Notes under the pieces: model-generated | The model's input: only the letters and a program-made list of their open reading frames with translations | Told to the model about the DNA's origin: nothing | Database searches by the model: none | Translations under genes and position numbers: made by a program | Shown here: one piece after another, positions 10,046-20,459 of the stretch | How the letters are laid out: each line of letters starts with the position of its first letter | Position numbering within the stretch: the stretch's first letter is position 1 | Assembly: GCA_934141245.1 (NCBI GenBank) | Contig: CAKPCB010000003.1 | Location: forward strand, 66,596-130,595 | Direction of reading: 5' to 3' | Length of the DNA: 64,000 nucleotides | Source of the DNA: an uncultured Bacilli bacterium | GTDB taxonomy: Bacteria; Bacillota_I; Bacilli_A; RF39; UBA660

Positions 10046-10222
10046 ATGTTAAAAATTCTAAAAAAAGTAGTATTTTCATTTTTTTTACTATATGGGTTTA
10101 ATATAATTGCAACTAAATTTAATATTATAATTCCAATAAATTACTTAACTGTTGCATTGGTTTTTCTTTTAGATATACCCGGTATGGTTATGTTAACTTT
10201 TATTTCTTTGCTTATTTTATGA
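10046..10222 (+). CDS. bofA: BofA-like small membrane protein (pro-sigma-K processing inhibitor family). 58 aa, below the ORF-track cutoff.
   Basis: MLKILKKVVFSFFLLYGFNIIATKFNIIIPINYLTVALVFLLDIPGMVMLTFISLLIL resembles the BofA C-terminal block (…INLVTTAISGILGIPGIAALVVI…). It sits where B. subtilis has bofA, after recR. GGGTGA RBS. Confidence 0.5.
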   Translation: MLKILKKVVFSFFLLYGFNIIATKFNIIIPINYLTVALVFLLDIPGMVMLTFISLLIL

Positions 10223-10238
10223 AATAAGGTGTGTAAAA

Positions 10239-11021
10239 ATGGTCAACATGGAATTTAATGCTAATAATTTAAATGTTATTAAAGATAATAATATTAATCA
10301 TGCTTATTTATTTGATGTAGATGATGATAATATAGAGGAAATATATTTACCTTTAATTAAGCAAATATTAAAGATTGAAATTAACGATAATGAAATATTA
10401 AAGCAAAAACTAAATGAATTAGATAATGGTACTTTTTCTGATTTGAAGATAGTTGAATCAAATGGTGCTGTTATAAAAAAAGAACAAATTAGTGATTTAC
10501 TAGATGAGTATAAAAAAACATCAATAATTGGTACAAGCAGATTTTATGTTATCAAATATGCAGAAAATATGAATGCTTCCGCAGCTAATTCCTTGCTTAA
10601 ATTTTTAGAAGAACCTGATGGAGACATTATTGCAATTTTATTTACTAAAAACAAGTATTCTGTTTTAGAAACAATTTTATCAAGATGTTGCATATTTAAT
10701 ATTAAAGATAAAAATGATATAATTATTGATTCTAGCACATTAGAGGATGCTAAAAAATATTTGGATATTATAATTAAAAAAGGTAATAAATCAATAGCAT
10801 ATTTAAACGATTTATATTTACTTAAGCCTGATGAATTGAAAATAACATTTGATTTGTGGTTAAAAGTATGTCAAAGCATGATTTTAGGTGAATGTACTGA
10901 TATTAAAAAAGTGATTTTTTTAATGAATAAAATAAATGATGGGATTCTAAAATTAAATTATAATATTAATACAAAGGTTATAATTGATAATGTAGTATTA
11001 GGTGGTGATAACAATGATTAA
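10239..11021 (+). CDS. holB: DNA polymerase III delta' subunit, with a degenerate Walker A
   Basis: NHAYLF, a SRC motif (LSRCCIFNIK) and delta' length. Conserved position before yaaT. Confidence 0.7.
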   Translation: MVNMEFNANNLNVIKDNNINHAYLFDVDDDNIEEIYLPLIKQILKIEINDNEILKQKLNELDNGTFSDLKIVESNGAVIKKEQISDLLDEYKKTSIIGTSRFYVIKYAENMNASAANSLLKFLEEPDGDIIAILFTKNKYSVLETILSRCCIFNIKDKNDIIIDSSTLEDAKKYLDIIIKKGNKSIAYLNDLYLLKPDELKITFDLWLKVCQSMILGECTDIKKVIFLMNKINDGILKLNYNINTKVIIDNVVLGGDNND

Positions 11022-11814
11022 AATGGTTAAGATAAAATTCGATAATTCAAATAGGATTTATTATTTTAAATGTGATGAGTTAGCAATTTCTAAAAATCAA
11101 TATGTAGTTGTTGAAACTGATAAGGGTAAACAAATAGGCAAATGTATTAGTAACATTATAGAAATTGATGAGAATAGTTTTTCTATTCCAATTAAGGATG
11201 TTTTATCTATTGCTAGTGATTCCGATTTAATACAGCATAGAAAAAATTGCGATGAGTCAAAAAAAGCCTTAATACGTGCTAAAAAAATAGCAAGTGATTT
11301 AAATATGAATATGAACCTATTAAATGCATATTTTACTTTTGATCGAAATCAGTTAATCTTTAATTTTACTTCTGATGATAGGGTTGATTTCCGCGAATTA
11401 GCAAAAAAATTAGCTTCTATATATAAAACACGAATTGAATTAAGACAAATTGGTGTTAGAGATAAAGCAAAAGAAGTAGGTGGAATAGGGCCTTGCGGAA
11501 GATTTTTATGCTGTAATTTATTTTTAAATGAATTTGAAAGTGTATCAATTAATATGGCAAAGAATCAATATATTTCATTGAAACCTGATAAAATTAATGG
11601 GTTATGTGGAAGGCTTTTGTGTTGCTTAGAATATGAAGATGAACAATATACTATGTTAAAAAAAGAATTTCCTGCCATAGGGACTATATTTAAATATAAC
11701 AATGAAGATTTAAGAGTTACGGGACATAATCTTTTGAAAAGAACTATTGTTGCAGAAAACAGAATGAAAGAAAGTTTTACTTTAGAATTGAATGAATATG
11801 AAAGTATTAAATGA
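11014..11814 (+). CDS. ricT: PSP1-domain protein YaaT/RicT (stage 0 sporulation and RNase Y regulatory complex)
   Basis: Conserved Cys cluster GPCGRFLCCNLFL…GLCGRLLCCLEYE, typical of YaaT. Confidence 0.8.
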   Translation: MIKMVKIKFDNSNRIYYFKCDELAISKNQYVVVETDKGKQIGKCISNIIEIDENSFSIPIKDVLSIASDSDLIQHRKNCDESKKALIRAKKIASDLNMNMNLLNAYFTFDRNQLIFNFTSDDRVDFRELAKKLASIYKTRIELRQIGVRDKAKEVGGIGPCGRFLCCNLFLNEFESVSINMAKNQYISLKPDKINGLCGRLLCCLEYEDEQYTMLKKEFPAIGTIFKYNNEDLRVTGHNLLKRTIVAENRMKESFTLELNEYESIK

Positions 11815-12532
11815 TGTTGTTGGATATAAGAATTTAAAAATATATCAAAATACGGATTGGTTTTTATTCTCGTTAGACTCTGTTTTATTGCCTAATTTTG
11901 TAAGTTTGAATTTGAAAGATAAAGTAATAATTGATTTCTGTAGTGGGAATGCTGCAATACCTTTAATACTATCAAGAAAGACTAAAGCACAAATATTTGC
12001 AGTTGAGATTCAAAAAGATTTATGCGATTTGGCAAATGAAAGTGTTATATATAATAATTTGTCTGACCAAATTAAAGTTATAAATTGTGATGTCAAAAAT
12101 TTACATACTATATTCCAAAAAAACTCTGTAGATGTTATTACGTGTAATCCACCATATTTTAAATATGATGGTAAATTTGATTTCAATACTGATGAACACA
12201 AAACAATTGCTCGTCATGAAAAATTGATTAAATTAAGTGATATTGTTGCAACTGCTAATTATCTTTTGAAAAATAAAGGACGTATTGCAATGGTACATAG
12301 AACTGATAGATTAATTGAAATTATTAATTTATTTACATCAAATGATTTTCAAATTAAAAAGATAAGATTTATATACTCAAAGTCAGATTCAGAATCAAAT
12401 ATTGTTTTAGTTGAAGCTATAAAAAACGGTGGAATTGGTTTAAAAGTATTAAGTCCTTTATATGTACATAATGATGATGGTTCTTATACAGAAGAGGTTT
12501 TAAAAATGTTTGGAGATGATAATAATGAATAA
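11792..12532 (+). CDS. SAM-dependent methyltransferase, YabB/TrmN6-like (tRNA m6A37)
   Basis: Motif I (DFCSGNAAIPL) and NPPY (DVITCNPPYF). Occupies the yabB position. Confidence 0.65.
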   Translation: MNMKVLNDVVGYKNLKIYQNTDWFLFSLDSVLLPNFVSLNLKDKVIIDFCSGNAAIPLILSRKTKAQIFAVEIQKDLCDLANESVIYNNLSDQIKVINCDVKNLHTIFQKNSVDVITCNPPYFKYDGKFDFNTDEHKTIARHEKLIKLSDIVATANYLLKNKGRIAMVHRTDRLIEIINLFTSNDFQIKKIRFIYSKSDSESNIVLVEAIKNGGIGLKVLSPLYVHNDDGSYTEEVLKMFGDDNNE

Positions 12533-13376
12533 TATTAAAATACAAACAAGTTATGATGGAACTAGTAGTCTCTATTTAATACCAACTCCTATTGGAAATA
12601 TGAACGATATTACAAATAGGGCTATTGATACACTTAATATGGTTGATTTAATTTTATGTGAAGACACAAGAGTAACTGCAGAATTATTATCTAAATTAGG
12701 TATAAAAAAGAAATTAATACATTCAGATGATCATACTGAAAATAATTTAAAAGAGAAAGTTTTAGAATTACTTCAAAGTGGAAAAAATATTGGTCTTGTA
12801 ACTGACAGGGGAACACCTATTATTAGTGATCCTGGATATAAGATCGTTGAGTATGTTTCAAATAATGGTTTTAATGTTATAAGCTTACCTGGAGCTACGG
12901 CCTTTGTTCCGGCTCTTACCATGTCTGCGATTGCACCCTCTCCATTTTTGTTTTATGGCTTTTTAAATAATAAATCTTCTAAAAGGAAAAAAGAACTGGA
13001 TTCTTTAAAGCATCTTTCATACACACTTGTTTTTTATGAGGCGCCACATCGCATAGAGGATACTCTCAATGATTTATTAACTGTTTTTGGTGATAGAAAA
13101 ATTGCTTTATGTAGAGAAATATCAAAAAAATTTGAAGAATGTATAAGAGGCAGCATTTCTGAAGTTTTAGGACATATTGAAGGTATTAAGGGCGAAATAG
13201 TACTTGTTGTATCTGGCAACTTAGAAGATAATGATTTTTCTGAAATGACTTTAAGAGAACATGTTCAATTATACTTAGATGACGGTTTAAGTGAAAAAGA
13301 TGCAATAAAAAAAGTTGCTTTTGAAAGGAAGATTCAAAAATCAATTGTTTATAAAGAATATCATTTAAATAAATAG
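12525..13376 (+). CDS. rsmI: 16S rRNA (cytidine1402-2'-O)-methyltransferase
   Basis: LYLIPTPIGNMNDITNRAIDTL…ILCEDTRVT, tetrapyrrole-methylase fold. Confidence 0.85.
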   Translation: MNNIKIQTSYDGTSSLYLIPTPIGNMNDITNRAIDTLNMVDLILCEDTRVTAELLSKLGIKKKLIHSDDHTENNLKEKVLELLQSGKNIGLVTDRGTPIISDPGYKIVEYVSNNGFNVISLPGATAFVPALTMSAIAPSPFLFYGFLNNKSSKRKKELDSLKHLSYTLVFYEAPHRIEDTLNDLLTVFGDRKIALCREISKKFEECIRGSISEVLGHIEGIKGEIVLVVSGNLEDNDFSEMTLREHVQLYLDDGLSEKDAIKKVAFERKIQKSIVYKEYHLNK

Positions 13377-13385
13377 GAGGAAGTT

Positions 13386-13946
13386 ATGAAACTTGTTGTT
13401 GGTTTAGGTAATCCGGGTAAAGAATATGAAAATACACGCCATAACATTGGTTTTATGGTTTTAGATAATTATGCTAAAGTAAATAATTTTAATATATCTA
13501 AAAAGAAATTTAATGGTTTATATGAAAAAATTAGAATTGATTTACAAGATGTAATTTTTTTGAAACCTTTATCTTATATGAATTTATCTGGGGAAGTAGT
13601 TAAAGCATTTATTGATTATTTTAAGATAGATATATCAGATATTTTAATAATTAATGACGATTTGGATTTGGAAGTTGGAAAATTTAGATTAAAACCATCC
13701 GGTAGTAGTGGAGGTCATAATGGCTTAAAAAACATAGCTATGCATCTTCAAACAGAGAATTATAAAAGGTTAAAAATAGGAATTTCAAATAATAAAAATA
13801 TTGATACAAAAGATTACGTTTTGGGTAAATTTAGTAATGATGATTTAGAAACTTATAATAATATATTTAATATTTCTGTTAATATTATAAATGACTTTAT
13901 TAAAAATGACTTTGATAAAGTTATGTCAAAATATAATCATAAGTAG
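13386..13946 (+). CDS. pth: Peptidyl-tRNA hydrolase
   Basis: MKLVVGLGNPGKEYENTRHNIGF. Conserved pth-mfd pair. Confidence 0.9.
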   Translation: MKLVVGLGNPGKEYENTRHNIGFMVLDNYAKVNNFNISKKKFNGLYEKIRIDLQDVIFLKPLSYMNLSGEVVKAFIDYFKIDISDILIINDDLDLEVGKFRLKPSGSSGGHNGLKNIAMHLQTENYKRLKIGISNNKNIDTKDYVLGKFSNDDLETYNNIFNISVNIINDFIKNDFDKVMSKYNHK

Positions 13947-13955
13947 GGATTTTAT

Positions 13956-16900
13956 ATGGAAATACTAAATAAAATAATACCAATTGATAAATATAGTAAC
14001 ATTGGTCTTCTTGGTATGACTGATGAATTTTTTTGTGCCTATGTTAATAAATTGTTTTATGATACAAATTCCGGTATTTTAATATTAACTCCCAGTTTAT
14101 ATGAAGCTAACAAATTATATGCATCTATAGTTAAATATAATAATAAAGTTTTATTATTTCCTATGGATGATTTTTTAACTAGTGAGTCTATTGCAATAAG
14201 TCCTGAATTAAAATCAACAAGGTTAGATACATTAGATTCATTAATCAATAACCCTAAACAGATTGTTGTAGCGCATTTAAACTCATATTTGAGATTTTTA
14301 CCTAATAAGGATATCTTTAAATCAAGAAAACTATTAATAGAAAAAGGTAAATCATATAATAGAGATGTATTAATAAAGGATCTAATAGACTTAGGATATA
14401 AAAGGGAAACAATAGTAACTAATACAGGCGAAATTGGAGTTAGAGGTTTTGTGTTAGATATTTTCCCTATTAACTCTGAAAAGCCTGTTAGAATTGAATT
14501 TTTTGATGACGAGGTAGATTCAATCAGATATTTTGATTCTGATACTCAAAAATCAATAAAAGAAATAAATAAGATTGAAATCTCCTCCAATACAGAGTTT
14601 TTAATCTCTAATAGTGTAGAAGGTATAGATTATAATCAGAAGTATTTAAAGGGATTATCTTCTAATGTGACAAATATAGCAGGATATATGAATAATCCAA
14701 TCACCATTATAAAAGATTATTCGCAATTGATGGTATCTTACAAAAAAGTTCTTGAAGAAATTACTGAATATAAAGCATTAAAAGATACTACATATAATGG
14801 AGATTATATGTTTTCTCTAGATTCAGTCTTACCTAAGGATCTTATTTATTACAACACAATTGATAATTATTTTCAAAATATTAACAAATCTAATATATAT
14901 GATTTTTCTGTAAAATCAGCTCCTGAATTTCATGAAAATGTAGATTTAATAAACAGTTTTCTTGAAAGGGAAATTTTAAAGAAAAGGACTGTTGTAATAT
15001 ATTTAAAGGAACATCAAGCTAAATCATTCATAAAATATTTAACATGTAAGTATGTTATGACTACTGATGATGATATATATGAACACAATATTAATATTGT
15101 TATAAAAGATATTAATGAAGGTTTTCTATATGGAAATTATACATTTTTAACTCCAAAAGAATTATTTAATAAAAAAGCAGAAAATAAGTATAAAAATAAG
15201 TATAAATATACCTCTAAGATAAAAAGTATAAATAGTTTGGAAATTGGTGACTATGTAGTTCATTCATTAAATGGCATTGGCGTATATAATGGCATTAGAA
15301 CACTGACTCAAAACGGATTAAAGAAGGATTATGTTGAAATCTTATATGCAGGGAATGATAAATTATATATACCTGTTGAAAAAATTGAATTAATTGGTAA
15401 ATTTACTGGTAAAGAGGGTGTTGCACCAAAAATCAATAGATTGGGTGGCACTGAATGGCAAAAGACCAAAATTAGGGTTAAAAATAAAGTAGGAGATATT
15501 GCAAAAAAATTACTTGAACTATATGCTAAGAGAAATATGCAAAAAGGATTTGCTTTTTCTCGTGATGATGAAATGCAAACTTTATTTGATAGTGAATTTG
15601 AGTTTGATGAAACCCCAGACCAGTTAAAGGCTATAGAAACTATAAAATCCGATATGGAAAGTGATATGCCAATGGATAGACTGCTATGTGGAGATGTTGG
15701 TTATGGTAAAACAGAAGTGGCTTTTAGGGCAATGTTTAAGGCAGTTAATAATTCTAAACAAGTTCTTTATTTATGTCCTACAACAATTTTGTCTTCACAA
15801 CAGTATGAAAATGCAAAAATAAGATTTAAAGATTTTCCGGTTGAAATAGCTTTATTAAATAGATTTACTACTTTAAAGGAAACTAAAAGAATAATAACGG
15901 CATTAAATGAAGGAAAAATTGATATATTATTTGGTACACATAGGCTTTTAGGCAAGGATATTAAACCTAAAGATTTAGGACTTTTAGTAATTGATGAGGA
16001 GCAAAGATTTGGAGTTACTCATAAAGAGAAAATTAAAGAATATAAAGAAAATGTTGATGTACTTACTTTAACTGCTACACCTATTCCTAGAACTTTGCAG
16101 ATGTCTTTAGTTGGTATTAGAAGCCTTTCTTTAATAGAAACTCCTCCTGTTGACAGATATCCTATTCAGACATACGTCATTGAAGAAAATAAGGCTTTAG
16201 TTAGAGATGCAATATATAAGGAAATGTCAAGAGAAGGACAGGTTTTCATTCTTTATAATAGAGTTGCAGATATTGAGAAAAAAATGATGGAAATTCAAAG
16301 CTTGGTTCCAGAAGCTAAAATTGTTTGTACACATGGTCAACTTACTAAAATCGAATTAGAAGATAGAATGGTAGATTTTATTAATAAAAAATATGATGTT
16401 ATGTTGTGTACTACTATAATAGAAACTGGTATTGATATCAATAATGTTAATACTTTAATCATTTATAATGCGGATAGATTTGGACTTAGTCAACTTTACC
16501 AAATTAGAGGAAGAGTTGGAAGAAGCAATAAAATAGCATATGCTTATTTAATGTACTCTAAGGATAAAATTTTGGGTGATGTAGCCGTTAAGAGGTTAAA
16601 TGCAATCAAAGAATTTACTGAATTGGGTAGTGGTTTTTCAATTGCATCTAGAGATCTTTCTATAAGAGGAGCAGGTGATATTTTAGGTAGTGAGCAAGCT
16701 GGTTTTATAGATAGTGTAGGTATTGATTTATATTTAAAAATATTAAATGAGGAAGTAAACAGATTAAAAGGAATTGAGCCAAAAGAAGAAGATATAACAA
16801 GGAATAACCTTTTAAATGTATCTACACACATATCTGATAAGTATGTAGAAGATGAAGACTTAAAGATAGAAATTCATAAACTCATAAATACGGTTGATTC

Positions 16901-17246
16901 TAAGGAAAAATTTGAAGAAGTAAAGTCTGAACTTGAGGACAGATTTGGTAAACTAAGCGAGGATATAATTATTTATATGTATGAAGAATGGTTTGAAGCA
17001 CTTGCTTGTAAACTGGGAATTGATAGAGTAAAACAGACCGATCAATATATAGAAATTATTTTTAATAAGGAAGTAAGTTCTAAAATAGATGGGGAATCAC
17101 TATTTGTTGCTTCAACTAAAATATCAAACAAGTTTAAATTTAAATATTTTGACCAATCTTTGAAAATTATTTTTGATATTAGGGGATTAGAAAAACATTT
17201 TATCTATTATTTAGTAGATTTACTTAACGAAGTAAAAATGAATTAA
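13956..17246 (+). CDS. mfd: Transcription-repair coupling factor
   Basis: 1096 aa, with a UvrB-like N-terminus, DEAD/DEAH helicase motifs (GDVGYGKTEVA, DEEQRFG) and a TRG motif. Confidence 0.9.
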   Translation: MEILNKIIPIDKYSNIGLLGMTDEFFCAYVNKLFYDTNSGILILTPSLYEANKLYASIVKYNNKVLLFPMDDFLTSESIAISPELKSTRLDTLDSLINNPKQIVVAHLNSYLRFLPNKDIFKSRKLLIEKGKSYNRDVLIKDLIDLGYKRETIVTNTGEIGVRGFVLDIFPINSEKPVRIEFFDDEVDSIRYFDSDTQKSIKEINKIEISSNTEFLISNSVEGIDYNQKYLKGLSSNVTNIAGYMNNPITIIKDYSQLMVSYKKVLEEITEYKALKDTTYNGDYMFSLDSVLPKDLIYYNTIDNYFQNINKSNIYDFSVKSAPEFHENVDLINSFLEREILKKRTVVIYLKEHQAKSFIKYLTCKYVMTTDDDIYEHNINIVIKDINEGFLYGNYTFLTPKELFNKKAENKYKNKYKYTSKIKSINSLEIGDYVVHSLNGIGVYNGIRTLTQNGLKKDYVEILYAGNDKLYIPVEKIELIGKFTGKEGVAPKINRLGGTEWQKTKIRVKNKVGDIAKKLLELYAKRNMQKGFAFSRDDEMQTLFDSEFEFDETPDQLKAIETIKSDMESDMPMDRLLCGDVGYGKTEVAFRAMFKAVNNSKQVLYLCPTTILSSQQYENAKIRFKDFPVEIALLNRFTTLKETKRIITALNEGKIDILFGTHRLLGKDIKPKDLGLLVIDEEQRFGVTHKEKIKEYKENVDVLTLTATPIPRTLQMSLVGIRSLSLIETPPVDRYPIQTYVIEENKALVRDAIYKEMSREGQVFILYNRVADIEKKMMEIQSLVPEAKIVCTHGQLTKIELEDRMVDFINKKYDVMLCTTIIETGIDINNVNTLIIYNADRFGLSQLYQIRGRVGRSNKIAYAYLMYSKDKILGDVAVKRLNAIKEFTELGSGFSIASRDLSIRGAGDILGSEQAGFIDSVGIDLYLKILNEEVNRLKGIEPKEEDITRNNLLNVSTHISDKYVEDEDLKIEIHKLINTVDSKEKFEEVKSELEDRFGKLSEDIIIYMYEEWFEALACKLGIDRVKQTDQYIEIIFNKEVSSKIDGESLFVASTKISNKFKFKYFDQSLKIIFDIRGLEKHFIYYLVDLLNEVKMN

Positions 17247-17312
17247 AACGACATTTCTTGACTGTCTTCGCTATTTTTGTTAAAATTAATTATAAAATAA
17301 AGGAAGATATGT

Positions 17313-17993
17313 ATGGATGATTCAATAGAAAAGATGTTTGAAGAAAAAAACATAAGTATATTAATTAATAAATTAAATTTAGATATAGATAATAATAGTA
17401 ATTCGGTAGAACTAACTTTAAAATTAAGAATCCCTTTATTAAAAAATAAGTTAATAAGGAAAATAAGTAGATTTTTTAATGAGGAAAATATTGAATATAC
17501 AATTTCTGATATTGATGAAATTGTAAGCAAAAGAGAATCTATTGTATTAAATGCAATAATGAAATTAGTTAATGAACGTAAAGCATCACTTTCAAATGCT
17601 GTAAGTGATAATAGTTATATAACTCAAGAAAAAATTGTTGATTTGATACATAAAATAACAATTGAATTCAGAGAAAAACTTAATGTTGAAATGAATAATG
17701 AAATATTTATAGAATTGAATAATATATTGTCTGAGAAGTATCTATTAAAAAATGAAGTAGTAAAAGAAAAACAATCACAAATATTGGCAAGCTATGATAA
17801 TGAAATTGAAAATAGTATTATTAATATAGTTGAAGAAAGAAATAGAATATTAATAAATCAAATAAATGATACATACAGTCAATATAGATCATTAAATGAA
17901 AAAACAGGTGTTTCTCATGAAAAAAGTAGCAGCGACTTAGGCAATACGAAAACAGCTAATAAGTATTCTAAAGCTCTACATTTGGAAAGTTAA
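17313..17993 (+). CDS. Hypothetical protein (226 aa, Lys/Asn/Glu-rich, helical)
   Basis: ORF with an AAGGAAG RBS. No recognisable motif. Sits where B. subtilis has spoVT but lacks the AbrB-N fold. Confidence 0.4.
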   Translation: MDDSIEKMFEEKNISILINKLNLDIDNNSNSVELTLKLRIPLLKNKLIRKISRFFNEENIEYTISDIDEIVSKRESIVLNAIMKLVNERKASLSNAVSDNSYITQEKIVDLIHKITIEFREKLNVEMNNEIFIELNNILSEKYLLKNEVVKEKQSQILASYDNEIENSIINIVEERNRILINQINDTYSQYRSLNEKTGVSHEKSSSDLGNTKTANKYSKALHLES

Positions 17994-18124
17994 AGTGATA
18001 TTACTTAGGTATATTTTCTGTATAATATAGAATAATATATATAGGTTATATTGAAATTTAATTTATTGTATTGAATTATAATACTTTTTTTGATATAATC
18101 TTCACATATTTATTGTTTTGAAGG

Positions 18125-18325
18125 AAAGAGTTATATATGCTTTTTATAGAGAGTCTTTGTTTGGTGAAAAAAGATATTAGGTATATAATGGATGGCTCCT
18201 GAACTTGTTAATTGATATGTAGGTTAACACGTTAGCAGCGTTAATGCATTTGAGAGTATAGATTTAATCTATAAATTAAGGTGGTACCGCGATTATTCGT
18301 CCTTATGATGAATAGTCTTTTTTTA
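18125..18325 (+). promoter_or_regulatory. T-box riboswitch leader (probable Met specifier) with terminator, upstream of dut-metG
   Basis: Canonical T-box sequence AAATTAAGGTGGTACCGCG at 18273-18291. Downstream terminator (GATTATTCGTC-cttat-GATGAATAGTC + T7) at 18291-18324. AGAGAG GA-motif early in stem I. AUG triplets at 18188-18194. An extended -10 (TGATATAAT) lies upstream. Confidence 0.6.
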
Positions 18326-18339
18326 TTGGAGGCGATAGT

Positions 18340-18819
18340 ATGGAAAGATACTTTGAAAAAATTAGTTTTAATCAATTTAAAAAAGATGTGGTTGATAACA
18401 AAAAAATGTATGATGCTTATTCATTACCCAAACGTGGTACTAAAAATAGTGCTGGTTATGATTTTGAAGCATTATATGATTTTGTTATAAAACCTGGAGA
18501 AATAAAAAAAATTCCGCTTGGTATAAAAGCCTCAATGAATGATAATGAAGTTTTATTTATATTAGTAAGAAGTAGTCAAGGATTTAAGTATAATGTTCGG
18601 ATGTGTAATCAAGTAGGAGTGATTGATTCTGATTATTATAATAACTCTGATAATGAGGGTCATATATTTATTAAACTTCAAAACCAAGGTGATAATGATT
18701 ATGTTGTAAAAACTGGTGATAAAATTTGCCAGGGAATATTTATTAATTACTTAGTAGTTGATAATGAAGAAAAAATTGAGAGAAAGAGATTATCTGGGAT
18801 AGGTTCTACAGGTAATTAG
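18340..18819 (+). CDS. dut: dUTP diphosphatase (trimeric dUTPase)
   Basis: dUTPase motifs: SAGYDF, VRSSQGFK, GVIDSDYY, KICQG and RLSGIGSTGN. Confidence 0.75.
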   Translation: MERYFEKISFNQFKKDVVDNKKMYDAYSLPKRGTKNSAGYDFEALYDFVIKPGEIKKIPLGIKASMNDNEVLFILVRSSQGFKYNVRMCNQVGVIDSDYYNNSDNEGHIFIKLQNQGDNDYVVKTGDKICQGIFINYLVVDNEEKIERKRLSGIGSTGN

Positions 18820-18829
18820 GTGAAATAAT

Positions 18830-20356
18830 ATGGAAAAGCAAAAATATTATATTTCTACTGCGATTGCTTATACTTCTGCTAAACCCCACATTGGTAATAC
18901 TTATGAAATTGTTTTAGGAGATGCAATTGCTAGATATAAAAGATTAAAAGGTTTTGATGTATACTTTCAAACAGGTACAGATGAACATGGTGAAAAAATT
19001 GAATTAAAGGCAAAAGAAGCAGGCATAACTCCAAAAGAATATGTTGATAATATTGCTAGTCAAATAAAAGATATTTGGGATATTATGAACACAAGTTATG
19101 ATAGATTTGTAAGAACAACTGATCCAAAACATGAACGTGAAGTACAAAAAATATTTAAAAAGATGTATGATAAAGGAGATATCTATTTAGGTAAATATGA
19201 AGGACTTTATTGTACTCCTTGTGAATCTTTTTTTACAGAAAGTCAATTAGTTGATGGTAAATGTCCAGATTGTGGAAGAGAAGTTCACAAGGCAAGTGAA
19301 GAGGCTTATTTCTTTAAATTGTCTAAGTATCAAGATAGATTAATTGAGTATTATAATACCCATCCTGATTTTATAAAGCCGGACTCTAGAAAAAATGAAA
19401 TGATTAATAACTTTATAAAACCTGGTCTTCAAGATTTATGTGTGTCAAGAACATCATTTACTTGGGGAATTCCAGTTGATTTTGATCCAAAGCATGTAAT
19501 TTATGTATGGTTAGATGCGCTTACAAACTATATTACTAATATTGGATATGATGTTGATAATCCAAGCGATGAATTTAAAAAATATTGGCCAGCTGATTTA
19601 CATTTAATTGGTAAAGATATTGTTAGATTTCACTCTATATACTGGCCTTGTTTCTTAATGTCACTTGATATTCCTCTTCCAAAACAAATTTTTGGACATC
19701 CTTGGTTATTATTTGGTAATGATAAGATGAGTAAATCTAAGGGTAATATTTTATATGCTGATGATTTAGTAAAAAAATATGGCGTAGATGCTGTTAGGTA
19801 CTATGTACTTCATGAAATACCTTATGCAAATGATGGTAATTTGACTGATGAGCTTTTAATTGAAAGAATAAATAGTGATTTAGCTAATATACTAGGAAAT
19901 TTGGTTAATAGAACTATTACAATGGCAAATAAGTATTTTGATGGAAATGTTAAACTTGCCACTTCAAGTTCTAATTTGGATCTTGAATTGATTGATAAAG
20001 TCAATAATTTAGGGAAAAACTTGGATAAAAAAATGGATAATTTGGAAGTGGGAGCTGCGCTTGATGAAATATTTGACCTACTTAGAAGGAGCAATAAATA
20101 TATAGATGAGACAGCACCATGGGTGCTTGCAAAAGATGACAATAGTAAAGATAGATTAGAAAATGTAATATATAATTTACTTGAGGCAATTAGAGTTTCA
20201 GCAGTGTATTTATATCCATTTATGCCAAATACTAGTGATGAAATATTTAGACAACTTAACATAACGGATAAATCAGATTGTTATAATTCAAAAAACATAT
20301 ATTCTACAATTAAACCAGAACCATTATTTAAAAGAATAGATGTAAAAAAGGTGTAA
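18830..20356 (+). CDS. metG: Methionyl-tRNA synthetase (short form, no C-terminal tRNA-binding domain)
   Basis: HIGN (AKPHIGNTYE), KMSKS (DKMSKSKGN) and a Zn knuckle (CTPCESFF…CPDCG). Confidence 0.9.
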   Translation: MEKQKYYISTAIAYTSAKPHIGNTYEIVLGDAIARYKRLKGFDVYFQTGTDEHGEKIELKAKEAGITPKEYVDNIASQIKDIWDIMNTSYDRFVRTTDPKHEREVQKIFKKMYDKGDIYLGKYEGLYCTPCESFFTESQLVDGKCPDCGREVHKASEEAYFFKLSKYQDRLIEYYNTHPDFIKPDSRKNEMINNFIKPGLQDLCVSRTSFTWGIPVDFDPKHVIYVWLDALTNYITNIGYDVDNPSDEFKKYWPADLHLIGKDIVRFHSIYWPCFLMSLDIPLPKQIFGHPWLLFGNDKMSKSKGNILYADDLVKKYGVDAVRYYVLHEIPYANDGNLTDELLIERINSDLANILGNLVNRTITMANKYFDGNVKLATSSSNLDLELIDKVNNLGKNLDKKMDNLEVGAALDEIFDLLRRSNKYIDETAPWVLAKDDNSKDRLENVIYNLLEAIRVSAVYLYPFMPNTSDEIFRQLNITDKSDCYNSKNIYSTIKPEPLFKRIDVKKV

Positions 20357-20459
20357 AGTTTAATTTAAAAAAATTAAAAATAGGTAATAATTACTTGTTA
20401 TCTATTTTTTTATGGTATAATCATAAAGAAGTACGAAGGTAATAGGAAAGGAAATTTAT

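Noticed and set aside
8470-20262. Antisense or overlapping ORFs inside dnaX, recR, holB, yabB, rsmI, mfd, dut and metG (8470-8697, 9720-10079, 10544-10738, 12010-12201, 13034-13219, 14057-14248, 15767-15955, 16544-16831, 17243-17530, 18281-18490, 19822-20262)
   Set aside because: They overlap well-supported genes on the opposite strand or in another frame. They have no motifs or RBS. 18281-18490 lies across the T-box terminator and the dut start.
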